Under the pieces are notes generated by a model that searched no databases, had not been told where the DNA came from, and saw only the letters and a list, made by a program, of their open reading frames with translations. From Octopus sinensis (taxonomy: Eukaryota), in NCBI RefSeq assembly GCF_006345805.1, contig NC_043016.1, positions 20,646,001 through 20,710,000 on the forward strand: a DNA stretch of 64,000 nt, read 5' to 3'. A program made the position numbers and the translations under genes. Positions 26,340 through 40,781 of the stretch are shown piece after piece (position 1 is the stretch's first letter; each line of letters opens with the position of its first letter).

Positions 26340-26640
26340 AAGAATGATCAGTGAAGATGAGTGAAACGTCTGGCCCAGAGTTGCAATATCGGACTCAACA
26401 AAGCTCGTTCTGTTGTGCAAGAGTTTTGTCGCCTGCATCGGTGGGGGGCCCCGGGCAGCTCTGGTGTCGCGGATGAAGGGGCCGAAATACCCACTGACCA
26501 CAAGGAGGCCACTACCTTCTCTGCAGATGAAATAACCTTGGCCTTCTTTGGAGCTGGCGAGGAAGGGTGTTTCCACAGCATGGATTGTCTCTTTGTCTCT
26601 GGCTCAAAGTGATCAATCCATCACTCATCCCTTTAATTCC
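26340..26640 (-). mobile_element. Mariner transposase fragment
   Basis: Minus strand WIDHFEPETKRQSMLWKHPSSPAPKKAKVISSAEKV.AS matches the mariner catalytic-domain segment that follows the DET motif. Confidence 0.8.
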
Positions 26641-27659
26641 AAGATGAAGAAAGAAAATGGTATGCTAAAAAAAATTTGAGAAAAACAATCTCTTAAAATT
26701 TGAGATTACGTGTATTTGGAATATGAAATCTGTAAGTTGTACATTTAAAGGCGAAGATTGAACTAAATAACAGATTTTAAAGTATTTGATGACAGGTTAA
26801 AATATATCTGGAATTACATAGTAATTACGTAGACAAATAGTTAAAAGACATTGGAATGGAATGTCTTGTAGAGCTTCTACAAAAAACTTGCTTCTCAGGT
26901 ACACAAATCCTAAAATGTTCTGAGGAGTATCTTAATAAATTAGATGAACATAGTATAAAATTCTCTTATTATATTAGAGATACATTTTTGTACTTTTGAC
27001 CTGCCACGTAGTTCAATTTTGAGTATTTGATGTAAATTCTTCGCCTTTAAATATCTATTTGATTACTAATTCATTTCTCACTTTAATAGATTAGTTAACT
27101 TCATATTGTTGTAATAACTATTAAACTATTAATATTCAGTAATTAGCACATTTCATAGCTCCTTTATGTAAAAACAATATGAATTATAAATTCACATATT
27201 GACATCCTCATCACTCATATCCATGCACTCAGTGATTTATAACTACTTATAATATAATCTCCAATTAAGTCACACAACTTCGAACGGTATATATTTAATA
27301 ATGTTTTGCTAAACTTCAATTGGTGATGTATATTTAATACACTATATCATTTCTTTTGTTTATTTTGCTATATGATTAACATTTATTAAACCAGTGTATA
27401 TCTTACTCCATAATGTAACCACATATGTATATGTCTATGCATAAGTATGTATATATGTTCTTTTATTTGTTTCAGTCATTTGACTGCGGCCATGGTAAAA
27501 TAAAAGCCTTTTTTAAGTTTAAAAAACAAATTCAGTAATTATTATTATTTTGCAATAGTAAAAAAAAAAAACTAATTAATTTTTAATTTACGAAAAACGT
27601 ACATACAATGTGGTGGTTTACATCGCAGATGTAAATGGCTGTGGATCGTCAACATCAAC

Positions 27660-28270
27660 ATCTGACTCTGGCTATTCTTGTTGTTCCTTGAGAGTTCCTT
27701 GGACTGTCTTCTTTTCCTCAAGGATTACATTATAAGGAGCAAAAGCTTCGTGACGAGCCCCTATAATCTTCGAAAAGCGTTGAGCATTTGGATCCAAATC
27801 CTCGAACATAGGAAGACCTTTTTCGATAAATGCAAATGTTTGCTGCATTTTCTTAATGGTAAAGTGACGTCACTTTACCATTCGACTTCCTCTTTTTCTT
27901 TATTTTGCTGCTCGTGAAGCTCTATCAAATCTTCATTCGTCAGGGACTGCTTGTCTTTTTCAAATAAGTCTGTGAAATCCTTTTCCTCCAAATCCATTTC
28001 CAGTTCTTTGCTCGTAGTAACAATTCAAAGAGAAAGAAGACAGCGTTTTTCATCCTCGAAGCTGCAGATTTGATATGTGCTAAAATCTTATCCTTATTAT
28101 GTACAATCGACATCCCAAAATGTCCGACCCACCACAAAAGATCATGTGGTTGCTACCACTTTTCACCTTTTTCATGGCGTTTTGCCATAGCCAGTTTATC
28201 TTCCAGCGTTACCTTCATGCTTATCACTTTCAATATGAATTTTCTTAGGAACCATGGGGGCAAAAAATAA
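27660..28270 (-). mobile_element. Pogo/Tigger-type transposon, internal-deletion derivative
   Basis: N-terminal MVPKK...KVTLEDKLAMAKRHEKGEK...HNKDKILAHIKS is joined directly to C-terminal segments such as FAFIEKGLPMFEDLDPNAQRFSKI. The DDE core is absent. Confidence 0.7.
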
Positions 28271-28529
28271 AGTTACAAGAGAATGGGAATGAGAAAGTAG
28301 CCAATGAACAGGCGTAAACAAATCTGAATTCAAAACAATCGCGGGAATCACGAGTGATAACGACGCCTAACGGTAGATATTCGAACTACAGTGCAATATG
28401 AGGTTTGAAAGTATGTAAAGAAATAATCAATACAAGACTTACTTAAACAAAGTTCAATAAATTTCATCAAATAAATTAAATGAAGCAGATTGGGTGATAA
28501 AATAGATTATTCTTTTATTTCATAATCCT

Positions 28530-28645
28530 ACCAACCACATGGTTCCGGGTTTAATCACACCGCGTGGCACCCTAAGCAAGTGCCTTTTACTATAGCCTCG
28601 GGCCGACCAAAGTCTTGTGAGTGGATTTGGTAGATGGAAACTGAA

Positions 28646-28681
<36 letters not shown>

Positions 28682-28932
28682 GAATATGTATGTGTGTATA
28701 TATATATATATGTATGTGTGTGTATATGTTTGTGTGTCTTGTGTTTGTCCACCCCAAACATCACTTGACAACCGATGCTGGTGTGTTTACGTCTCCGTAA
28801 CTTAGCGGTTACGCAAAAGAGACCGATAGAATAAGTACTAGGCTTACAAAGAATAAGACGTGGGGTCAATTTGCTCGACTAAAGACGGTGCTCTAGCATG
28901 GCCGCAGTCAAATGACCGAAACAAGTAAAAGA
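28530..28932 (+). mobile_element. SINE family C (tRNA-like head, internal CA/TA microsatellite)
   Basis: CAACCACATGGTTCCGGGTT...CCTCGGGCCGACCAAAG.CTTGTGAGTGGATTTGGTAG and 3' GCATGGCCGCAGTCAAATGACCGAAACAAGTAAAAGA. Related pieces at 33115-33530 (minus), 46517-46678 and 27460-27495. Confidence 0.75.
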
Positions 28933-29413
28933 GTAATTGTTTCTGACAAAAAAGTACCAAGATTTCCATAAAGAGAACATCACAAACATCAAATTGTAGG
29001 CGAGATTTAAAGGACAATGAACAAGACGTTTAAAATAGACATTGAATGGTTTCTTAGTTACCATTATTATATAGGTATTTGTATATTCATTCTTCTGCTC
29101 AAGATAAATTTGAGTCAGGACTAAAACATTAAAGGACTTTGCTGCTTAAATATCTAATAGTTAATTTTTGACTTCATCACTATGAAATCCAATAAATATC
29201 TATTTAAAACACGCCTTAAAGAAAATACTGGTCAAGATATATGTGTATATACATTCAGAAATACCAAATAAGGAGCTATATGTTATTTCCAATTCATATT
29301 AAAAAATTTCTGAACCGTCATCTGTCATACCTTCTATGTCTTTAAGTAAATTGGAAGTTAGAACTACCAAGTGGGATTGATTAATAGTTTATATAGTTTT
29401 TTTTTTTTATCTG

Positions 29414-29622
29414 AGCTGGCAGAAACACTAGCATGCCAGGTGAAATGCGTAGCCGTATTTCGTCTGCCGTTACGTCGTGTGTTCAAATTCCACCGAGGTC
29501 GACTTTGCCTTTCATCCTTTCGGGGTCGATAAATTAAGTACCTGTTTCGCACTGGGGCCGATGTAATCGACTTAATCCGTTTTTCCCCTCTATGTTTAGC
29601 CCCTTGTGGGCAATAAAGAAAT
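29414..29622 (+). mobile_element. SINE family A, slightly truncated/deleted
   Basis: GAGCTGGCAGAAAC...GAGGTCGACTTTGCCTTTCATCC...GCCCCTTGTGGGCAATAAAGAAATA. Confidence 0.88.
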
Positions 29623-30274
29623 AAATATAGGTACTATATGTTGCATTAATTAACTAAAAACAGCTAGATAAATTTAAAAGAATGAAACTTACTAAGTACA
29701 TACAAACTAGTGTACAGATGTATTTAAAGGAGACCACTTACGTGATTGTCGTAAAATATTATAAAAGTAATATTGATCTATACTTGGTATTGAAGAAAAG
29801 TATTTTTTAAAAAATAAAAATTATTATTTTCCCGACATATTTTGTTCACGGCGATAATATTGTTTTATATTTTGTAAAAGGGAAGAGCGAAAAAACTAAT
29901 GTTATATATTCATAAGCAATGCAGGGGAGACAACATTTGAAAAAGCAATTTACAAGCTGCATTTTACTTCTAAATGCATACATACATATACATATACTTA
30001 TGTTTATACATACAAAGAGGCGGAATATTAAAAATTATTCTCGATAAACAGTGAGTCTATTTCATGTACTAATAACGTACTCCAGATACATATATACATA
30101 TATATATACATACACATACGCACACAATAGATATATATATCCACATTTATGAATAAAAAACTATATGTATACATACACATACATACATATTCATATACAT
30201 ACAAAAATATACGTACACAAAATACATACATACACATATATTAAAAAAAATTTTCTCTTCTTTTTTTTGTTTCT

Positions 30275-30410
30275 GTGTACCTTTCTGTGGAAGAGTGTAG
30301 GCTCGAAACGTTAAAGACTTTTTCATTTCCCGAGCGTTATACTAACACATGTTTGTTGTTTACACCACCAATCTTCGTCTTTTGCTGTTTTGTGAATTTT
30401 CCCTATATAT
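30275..30410 (+). repeat. Short interspersed repeat (Penelope pLTR-like); inverted copy at 38527-38675
   Basis: CTGTGTACCTTTCTGT.GAAGAG.GTAGGCTC.AAACGT...ACACCACC...CTTCGTCTTTT is shared between the two copies. Confidence 0.65.
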
Positions 30411-30491
30411 ATACATGCGTACATACATACATACATACATACATACATACATACATACATACATACATACATACATACATACACACACACA

Positions 30492-30528
<37 letters not shown>

Positions 30529-30729
30529 ATATATACTAAGTAATTAAGGGGTTAGCAACGATATGCCTCACCACACACCGAATTTAGAAATAGCAGTCAA
30601 AAAGCTAAACCCTAATTACTTAGTATTACTTAAACCTTCCTTGAATGGGGCTTTTACATGCCGAACTCTACTTGGTGAAATTAATGATTATTTCTAAATT
30701 AATTAATTTCACCCTTTATTATTGATAAT

Positions 30730-30760
<31 letters not shown>

Positions 30761-30902
30761 ATATATATATATATATATATTATATATATTATATAATATT
30801 ATATATATATATATAATACAGGACATCTGACTCGCTAGAAAGAGTAATTAAACTCTAAACTACTATTAAGGGTAATTTCGAAAGGGAATGAAAATAAAAA
30901 TA

Positions 30903-31054
30903 TTTATCTTAATATGAGATCACCATGTCATGCACATATGGTTGTGATGCATGTGCCTAGTGTACCTTTATCAGTAGTCATGATGGGTATACTGGGCTTC
31001 GTATATTTTACCCCAGTGTCACTTTGATGGCATGCACTGCTCTCTCACTCAATA

Positions 31055-31086
<32 letters not shown>

Positions 31087-31098
31087 AATAATAATAAT
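30903..31098 (+). mobile_element. Retroposed repeat family D, strongly 5'-truncated, (GAT)n(AAT)n tail
   Basis: Matches the 3' 150 bp of 50767-51323, ending CACTGCTCTCTCACTC. Confidence 0.8.
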
Positions 31099-33114
31099 AT
31101 TTAAGGAGTGATATTACTCCTCTTGAAGGTAAAGAAACAATAAGAAGAGTGTTCTCCTCAGTGTGAAAGAAGAATACGTCAAAACGAATACATCAGAAGA
31201 ATATTATATTGTTACAGAAGACTAGATGGAGTGAGTGTCACATAACATGTTTGGATATTCATATGATTATAAAAGATAAGTAGTGTTGAGTCTAGTTGTG
31301 TTTGAATATACTGATGCAGCTAACGGATATTTAGTAATACAAGTAAAAAATGTTTAAGAAACATTCTCTCTATATGAAGATAATAAGTAAGTGATATACA
31401 TTCCATATAAAGCATTTATAAGAAGTAAAATATTAATATATATATATATATATTATATATATTATATATATAATATATATATATATAATATTAAATAAAT
31501 AAATAATCGTCCAATCTGACAGCATCTATATATAAAATTATATATGATTTAACAATTATGAGTGGTATACAATGGCAGAATGAAAATAATTATGGTGTAT
31601 ATTAAAAAAATTGTTTTAAAAATTCCTAGTTAGTACCATTTCATATAAGTTACTTGAAATTCAAATGACAAAAAAATTCAGGGTTTTGAGGGAGTAATTA
31701 TTAGGTTAATATAATGGGTAAAAAAGATTTATTATTAGTTAAAAAGTAGTATATTCGTTTGTGTGAAATAAGTCTAAGAGGAAGGACTAAAAAAAGAAGA
31801 ATAGTTTTTAATATTACTGAATCAAGAAAGAAAATACTGAGGTTAAAAATATTGAAAAAAAAAATACAAAAAACACGAATGGTGATAAAAGAGTTTTTTT
31901 TGAGAGGTTGAATAAGGTAACAATGTAGGGGAGATAAGGCTAAGGTAAATTTTTAAGAAAGATTTTTCGAATAAATACATGTTTCTATATTTTAATATTA
32001 ACTATGTTAGTTATTAAAAAATCACAATATAAATTGAGAATCTAGTTATGGACAAAAGCGGTAGAAAACCATAGTGATATTTATAAATAATTTTCTAACT
32101 TATATAAGTGAGTGGTGAAAGTGGATGTAAGAAAAAATGTTTTAATTATTATGAAGTGATAGGTGCGAAAAAATAAGTATATATACATACACGCTTAAGT
32201 ATTCTCATATATGTGTATGTATGCCTGTATTCTCAAATGTGTGTATGTACGTCTATATACAACATGCATACGCACATATGTCACATATACACATGTATGT
32301 ATACATATATAAGCACACACACATGCACGGACACCTACATATATGCACTCGTGCAACCCACCTACTTGATTACATGCATACAGACACACAAGCACACACT
32401 GGTACATACAATATAATCTTTTGCATGCACATCTTTATTATATGTGTAGGGTATAGGATTAGAGAGTGTGAAAAAAGAGAATAGGAAGAAGAGAGGGATA
32501 GATGAATGAGAGAGAGAGAGAGAGAGATAAAGAGTAGAAAGAAGAGAGATAAGGGTGAAAAAGAAAGTATCGAGGAAAAGAAAAATGCAAAAATGTGAGA
32601 AAACCAAAAAGAGAAAAAATGTTATGGGAGAAAGGGAACAGGATGGAAGGGAACAAGTGGAAGGGAGAGGAGTGGGTAGGGGAGAAAAAAGGGAATGAAT
32701 TAAATGAGAAGAAGGCAAGTGGGAAAGCACATTGTGTAAAAGCCCTTACAAAACATCTCTCATCGCACAAAGAAATGCAAGCGAGCGCTTTTGTGTGACC
32801 ATATGAACCCACACTAAATTGATGTCAAATGGATGATAACTCCAATAGAAATTTGGGGAATGCAGACACAATAATACTGTGTGCAAACGTATATACGTTT
32901 TATTATTAATAGTCGGCAGGAGTGACTCAAAGGCTGTGAGTTTCATGCGTTGGTACTTATCACAGTTTCAAATCAAGGGGTCATATTCTTATATACGGGG
33001 GAATAGTGGTATTTCCTCATTGCACCACAAACCTATATAATATATACATACGTACATGTTTATATGTATACATATGAATATATGTATACTTATGTATATA
33101 TGTATATACATATT

Positions 33115-33404
33115 CTTTATTCTTTTATTCTTTTGCTTGTTTCAGCCACTAGACTGCGGGCATGCTAGGCCACTGTTTTGAAGAATATCTTTAGTCAAAT
33201 GAATCGAACCCAGTACTTATTTCTCAAAACCTTGTACTCATTCTATCGACCACTTTTGCGAAACTGCTAAGTTACAGGGACTTGAACTCACCAACACCGA
33301 CCGGCTGTCAAGTGGAAGCGGACAAACAGAGGCATAAAGTTACACACACACACACAGACACACACACACACAGACACACACACAGACACACACATACACA
33401 CACA

Positions 33405-33464
<60 letters not shown>

Positions 33465-33530
33465 GACACGCATACATACATGTATAGGCTTCTTTCAGTT
33501 TCTGTCTACCAAGTCCATACGTTTCTTGAT
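33115..33530 (-). mobile_element. SINE family C copy
   Basis: Loose reverse complement of 28530-28932, including the CA microsatellite. Confidence 0.65.
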
Positions 33531-33699
33531 GAAGAAACGTATGTCGGCTTTACTAAACACGTTGCTGAATAGCTTTTGGAAAGTAATCTCAAACTATGGA
33601 AAGAAAGCTGTGAATCTGGAGAAATGAATTCCCTTCAATGTTGGGAAGAAAAGCTAATTTTTCCATTAATTATGAAACCTAGTCCAAAAGGAATACAGT

Positions 33700-36600
33700 T
33701 CCAGTTACCCTTTTCTAAAGAAATTCAGAATGAAAACAACCTCTACAGAAATGACTAAGCAGCCAATTAGATCAAACTGTAAATATTTGAAAGAATACTT
33801 CCACACAAAACTAACCCCTCACTCGAAAGTAAATCATTTTCAAACCAGAAATAGGGACATTTACAAATTAGAAAGGCTAGAAAGAACCACCCCAGAGTTA
33901 GATATACCAATTTTCCTCTAGCAATGAGAAACACTCAGGGGAATACATTTAACCCTCAACAAATAAACTCGAACCACGTAATTACAACCAATATGCTCAA
34001 ACAGCAAAACGAGCCGTCTAACAATTCAAATATAATTAGTAACACTGACTATTTACATCGACGTAATTTCAACAAACATGTTTTAGATCCAGTCCAGAGA
34101 AATAGGGACAACGTTGGATCAAATCACAGGAAAACCCCTTTAATACACTTATCAAAGGAAACTTTTTCAACAACATAAATCGACATATTTGCAAAAAGGC
34201 TAAAATATACCTCAAACCGACGCGGATATAATCAGAATAAATTAAAGACAATATTACGGTATTTTGTAGAAAATTGCGACTTTCAGAAGCACTACTCTAT
34301 TACAACAATAACAACGATGAATTACTACTAAAAAAGAAAAGCAATTATCTTCCACCAAAATGTGATTTTTCTTACCATATCCTGAATTTCCCGAATAGTA
34401 CTTTACGCAATCAAAGACTCAACACAAATCTTAGCAATATCGAATGGGAAGATTTTCTTAAAATGCAAAATGATAAAGAATTGTCAAACAAAGAATCCGA
34501 CAAAGGAAGTGCTGTAGTTCTGATGGACACAAAATTCTACAAAAACGTAGTACTGTCCATGCTAAAAAACAATACCTTCTACGAAAAGGTTAAAAACTAT
34601 AAGCAACAAAAAATAATGAAAAATCTTGCATCCTTAATTCTCCTACATAGAAAAGGTCTGACAAACAGAGAAATGATTATATCACAAATTTTAAATGTAA
34701 ACCTAGTCTTTTGTGCGGTTTACCTAAAATCCACAAGAGCCAGATAATTGATGAAGCCTGCAAACAATCACCAGATATCTACAGTAATGTCCAGGCACCA
34801 CGAGATTTAAAACTAAGATCCATTATAGCCGGCCCAGTGTATGAAACCTACCGCGTGAGCAATTTTCTCAGTATTCTACTGAAACTATTTTTGAAATATA
34901 TCAAAAGTTTCATTAGAGATGATCTAGAGATACTAAACCACCCACCAAAAATAATCAATGAAAAGAAAATCTTCACTTTCTCCGATGTTATCCCCACACA
35001 ACAATAGAATAGAAGCAATCAAATTCTGACTGGAAAACTATCTGAAAGAACTTCCGGTGCGTGTGAACCTTGAGTTTATTGAGGACGCTTTATAATTTAT
35101 CCTCCAGAATAATTATTTCTTATTTGATACCACTTACTACTGAGAAAAATGTGGAATTGCGATGGGAATAAAAGCAGTCCCAGTACTTGCTAAACTAAAA
35201 ATGGGATGTTTACTATATATCAAGCATCACTACAAAAATATGGATATCCCTTTTACCTGGAAAAGATATCTGTTCTATCATTTGGAATGAGAATATTGAT
35301 AAACTGTTTGAATTTATATCACTGCTTAACAGAATGAATTCATATATCCAATTTACAATGGAGTATAGCAAAGAGCAATTTACAATGGAGTATAGCAAAG
35401 AGCAATTTACAATGGAGTATAGCAAAGGGCAATTCACATTCCTTGATATTTTGATAAAAAAAAAGTCAACAATCAAATTGAATCCGATATACGCTATAAA
35501 CTCGCAGACTCGAAGCAATAACTTCTGTTTAACTCATGCCACCAAAAACACAACTAATTCTGCGTGTCATTCTGTTAACCCGTCGTTAACGATTTCACGG
35601 GATTAGAGAAAAAGAGGGAGAACGAAAAGAGGGAGAGAGAAAAAAGGGAGAGGGAAGCGTCCATGACATGAGGTAGAGGGAATGTAATTGTAACGTTTTC
35701 ACGCGATTAGTTGAGCGGAATGTGAAGAGAAAGAAAAAGGAGAGGGAAAAAGTGGATAAGGTGAAGAGTGAGACAGAAAGACGGAGAAAGAAAAAGAGTG
35801 AGACAGAAAAAGACAAAGAGAAAGAAAAGGAGGAACAGAGAAGCGCCCATGACGTGAGATAGGGGGAACGTAATATTTATTGCGTGGTTGAAAAAGTTAG
35901 TTGTGAAGGTAGTGATGTTATAGAGGAGATTTTAAAATATAATTTTAACAGAGGGGTGATGTTCTGATGGTGAGGTTAAAGAAAGGAAGAGAGAGAGGCA
36001 GGGGAGAGAGAGAGAAGGGAGGGAGAGAGAGAGAGAGGGGCGAGGGAGATGATGGTGATGGTGGTGGAGATGGTGATTGGATGGTGAAAATTATTTTTTT
36101 AAATTGAACTAAGTTTCTTTTATATCACATCACTTAATACATGCGCATAAGTTCAATTCCGTGAAATATTTATGCTTATTTACGTGGCGAATATATGCAG
36201 TTTAACTAAATGTATCATATGTACATATATTTATTTTGTTTATAGGAAAAATGGAAAAATAAGAGTGAATATTTATTGAATGGGCGTTGTGTATTAAGTC
36301 TATAAAATTGTGCATAAAGTATATAAAGTGTATATATAAAGTACATTAAGTAATCATTGTATTCCCAAATCTGTCACTTTTCAATGAGTAGCAGATGAGT
36401 GATTATCTTTCCATACAAAAACAACATAGGCTACGCTTTTAGGTCTTTTGGATAAAGTTTTCAGAATTAACCCTATAGGTTTACCATTAATTCCGTGAAA
36501 TATTCATGGGTCCCGCTAGTTAAAACGAATATTCCCTTGCATAATAGTGTCTGATGCAAATACTTGGGACCTTCGACTTCAAGGCCTTAAAACCACATTA

Positions 36601-37180
36601 ATCAAGAGACATACAATAGCTGGTGGGATTAGATGTGCGAAGAAGATAGATATCAAAATACTAATGGCAACAAAGCGAAATTACACACCCCATCAACAAT
36701 TACTACCTCGTATATCGACACACAACCCCACAATCAATGAGGCGTACAACACAATTATTCGTATTTTACCTGTGTTCACTTGGAACTCAAAGATGAACCA
36801 CATTCTACAAATAAAAATTCATCAAAAGTAAAAAATCAAACTGAATCTTTAAAAACAATACTGATAAATGCGAAATTATACCCAGCAACAACGGAACCAA
36901 GAGTTTAAAAAAAGTGGGCGTCCAAACTGTGAAACATGCCCCCAACCTACTGGAAAGTTCGCAATTCCGTTCAAACAAGGACAGCGATTCATAATTAACA
37001 CTGATTTTACTTGTATCCAAAAATTTAATTTATGTGATAACTTGCTCAGGTTGTGGACACAGCTATATAGGCCAGACAAGGATGTCTCTTAGACTGTTTC
37101 CCCCATTTATCAGTGCAAGGAAACAATGACTAAAGAGAGTATATTTATTGAAACTACAAACTACGCCTGGATATAAACAT
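33700..37180 (+). mobile_element. Penelope-like element, frameshifted, interrupted by a Helitron
   Basis: SDKGSAVVLMD, GLPKIHK, LRSIIAGP, SFIRDD, FTFLDI, then after 36520 STHNP, GRPNCETC and a degenerate NLIYVITCSGCG..YIGQT. The start is approximate. Confidence 0.85.
35590..36519 (+). mobile_element. HelB Helitron copy inserted in the Penelope element
   Basis: Purine-rich blocks as in 5260-5460. The GGT/GAT repeat and ATGCGCAT block match the minus strand of 17800-17970. Ends with hairpin CCGTGAAATATTCATGG and CTAG|T at 36516-36519. The 5' TC terminus was not found. Confidence 0.7.
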
Positions 37181-38442
37181 ATAACCAAGTTTAGATTTTG
37201 CAAATACTTTAATTCACAAACGCATAACCAACTTTGTACATATTTTAATTCATAAATGTATAACTTCGTAATATAAATACTATCAATTCACCTGTACCCA
37301 AAAAGAATAATTACTTCCCCTGCCTCTAATAATAACAATCACTAATTACCTTCTCTTAGAGGTATTTTCCGCTACTAACATGCACGCATACACACTCATA
37401 CATACATACGTACACGCACGCACACAGACACAGACACACACCACGTGCATAAAAACCACCCCACTCATGCCAGCTCACCCGCAAATCCACGTCCCCCAAA
37501 TATGCATATGTACGTGAGTATGCATATATACACTCACACACACACACACACACATACGAATGTGCACGCATGCACACATATGTGTGCGTGTGTCTATACT
37601 ATAATTGCGTTATTTAAGTCTCTGTGTGTGTGTCTGCGTCAAAATTTATTATCAAACTTCTCTACAACCACTGGACTGATTTCGACCAATCTTGGCATGA
37701 GGAACCATGTCAACATCTATATGGGATTCACGAAAATGAACCGGTCCGGTTTTAGCCTGGTAAAATCCGATTAAACAAATTACCTATATCTCACTATTCA
37801 ATGACTTTCCTACTATTCCTCATGTTTACTACCTCTTTCCCTCCCTCCTACATATTTACTGCTTCTCTTAGCTCACTCTCTCTTAATTGCTTGCGCTCTT
37901 TTCCATGTTTCCTTCGGTGTTACTTTGATTGCTTCTGTCCTCTGCCCTCCTTAATCCCCTCTCTCTCTGTCTCTCTCTCTCTTACCCCCTTTCTCTCTCT
38001 CTCACCTTCTTGCAACCTGCTGCTTCTAAGCCATTCCGTTGGCGACAGCTGCTTGTTCCATACGTGTCCCCTCTACCGAAAAGGTAATTGCTTTCCACGC
38101 TTGCTGATCAATTGTTTTTGTCTCATTTTGTCTCAAAGTCGTAAGACGCCCCTTGTCATTCTTGTTTTTAACCGTTACTGTTTCCAATTTTATATCTTCG
38201 TTTCTTTTTCCTATTCGTCTCTCTGTTGTTGCGTTCACATTCTTTCCTTCTACCAAAGAAATCTAATGCCCACAGCTTAGTTTTTCCTTGGGGCTGGCCG
38301 ATTTGGAGCAAATCTCAGAATTAAACAGCCGAAATTTGCCATGATGATTCGGTTTCTGACTGAAGAATGAAGGCTCGAATGACTTGTCTGTTTTCCGTGT
38401 TCGTCACTTCGTGTATTTCACGTTCTTTATCTATAAAGTTTT

Positions 38443-38516
<74 letters not shown>

Positions 38517-38526
38517 TATATATAGG

Positions 38527-38675
38527 GAAAGTTTACTACGAAAATAAATAAAAGACGAAGGCAGGTGGTGTACAAAAACAGATGTATTAGTATAGCACTC
38601 AGGAATAGAAAAAGTATTTTACGTTTTGAGCCTACGCTCTTCTACAGAAAGGTACACAGAAAAAAACAAGGAAAC
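38527..38675 (-). repeat. Inverted copy of the 30275-30410 repeat
   Basis: Reverse complement reads CTGTGTACCTTTCTGTAGAAGAGCGTAGGCTCAAAACGTAAAATACT. Confidence 0.65.
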
Positions 38676-38868
38676 AAACAAGGAGAGAAAAAAGTGTGTA
38701 GTAGCTATGTATCTTACGTATTGAACTCACTCTCTCCTACAACGTTGCCTCTCATAATTCTCTCTCACTTTCACACATCTTTCAAATGTCTCTTTTGGCG
38801 TCATTTCGAAAAGAAAAAACACAAAACCCCATAAAAACACTGTTAGTCTTCGGTGAAAATTACAATTA

Positions 38869-39271
38869 CACCATACCCCACTAAACACTATCTTAATCTG
38901 CGATTTTTATATTATTGAATTGCTCTAAATGAATTTGACCTTAAGAATGTTGGAAATTTAGTAATTTGTCGGACCGATTTTCATGCCGCCGGAGCTATTC
39001 TTATGTCTGTTTATATCGTTGCGTGTATGAATATGTTATCGAATGTACTGTCGTCTGATATTTCACACATGCGTAGAATTCTGAAATAGCAGAGGTTAAA
39101 TATAAGAAAATTTCGGAAACTTTACGCATTCGACTGTATGAAAATAGGCTCGACCAATTTTATTATTACTTTAAAAATGCTAAATTTCCGACATTTTTAT
39201 GGTCAAATTCGTTTAGAGCAATTCAACGACATAAAAGGCGCACTTTAAAATAGTGTTTAGCGAGAGTGGTG
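38869..39271. mobile_element. MITE with ~95-bp imperfect TIRs and TA TSD
   Basis: TA|CACCATACCCCACTAAACACTAT... and ...ATAGTGTTTAGCGAGAGTGGTG|TA. GAATTGCTCTAAA.GAATTTGACC is inverted between the arms. Confidence 0.8.
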
Positions 39272-39949
39272 TAATTATAAATTAAATATCCAAGGTAAAT
39301 ATAAATACCGTGATAACCTCCGTTCAGAGAAATGAACTAAAATACTAGATGAATCGTCTGAAAATGTCCACTGTATAATTGTAATAAATATTCACGCTTT
39401 TATCAGTACACTATGCTCAGAAAAAGAAAAAGCAACAATCTGCCCCTAAAAATTTCTCGTTCATAAAAGATCGCTGAGCAAAGACAACAGACGCTAGTGG
39501 AAGAAAACTGACAAGGACCCAGCTCTTCTCAGTGACTTGAAATGAAGCGAAGGAGACTGCAAGAAACTTGTGAAATGGAATCACCTGAAGAGACAGAAGT
39601 ATGGGGAAATGCAGATTGGCTGAGGAGACAGGAAATCCGCCCAAGGGAAGACCAGAAGATTCAGAAGCACGGAGGAATGCGAATCGGATGGGAACCCGTG
39701 CAATGGATAGACTAGAAAAAAAAAACAGAAGCAGGGAGGAATGTGAATCGGCTGAGAACTCAGAAAAGCCGTGCAATGGAAACACCACAAGAAACAGAAG
39801 CATGGATGAATACTGATCGACTGAGGAAACAAGACTCTATGGAAAACACGTCGCTGCCACAAATTCAGCAGTGACAAGCAAACAACCAGGCACGATACCA
39901 ATCGAGACTTCATCAGCAAAGAACTGACACTGAGAGAATGGCTATGGAA

Positions 39950-40712
39950 TTTAATGTGGTAGATTTTTATGAGAAAAAAAACGAAACCCAAGCCTTATGT
40001 TGCACTACTGTGGAAACATTTTAAAAAGAATATTGCCTGACTGCAAAGCTTATCTTTGGGATGCTAAGAAAACTACCCTCTGTTGTAGCAAAGGAAAAAT
40101 TAGCAATGACAAAGTTCCACAGATAAAAAGCCCCAAGAAGTAATAGCTAAGTACTATGATATTAATGTATGTGGTCAAATGCGTCTGAACAAAATTCGTG
40201 GCTACAATAATTTACTGGCTATGGCTTCATTTGAACTGGATAATCCACCAGTTAGAGCACCGGGTGATAGCACTTTCGCGCCTCCTTTCAAGATTCAAGG
40301 AAAGTTGTACCACCGCATAGGAAGTCTCATACCAGCAGTAAATAGGAAGCCAGTCTATGCACAAAACTATATTTCGTTGACACTGAAAATGAGATGAGAA
40401 AAGTGGTGTCATTCAGAAGAGCTGATAATGACCTTTATGAGAACGTCTTGCTAGTTTTGTAGCGAGTACTGCATATTCAAAATCCATATGTCAAAGTTTT
40501 AAATAGGCTATTGATGTAATTAAAGAATACTCTGCACCAGGAAAATGTTCTACCGGTGATATTATTATAAGTCATGACAAACGGCATATTCCTGCTGGGT
40601 CACATGACAGAACCTATAATTTACCGACTGCATCAGAAATTGATGTGATCATGGTGGGAGCTAATACTAATAATCCAAAATTTAAACCTGCGGATGTTGT
40701 TGTGCAGTACAG

Positions 40713-40781
<69 letters not shown>

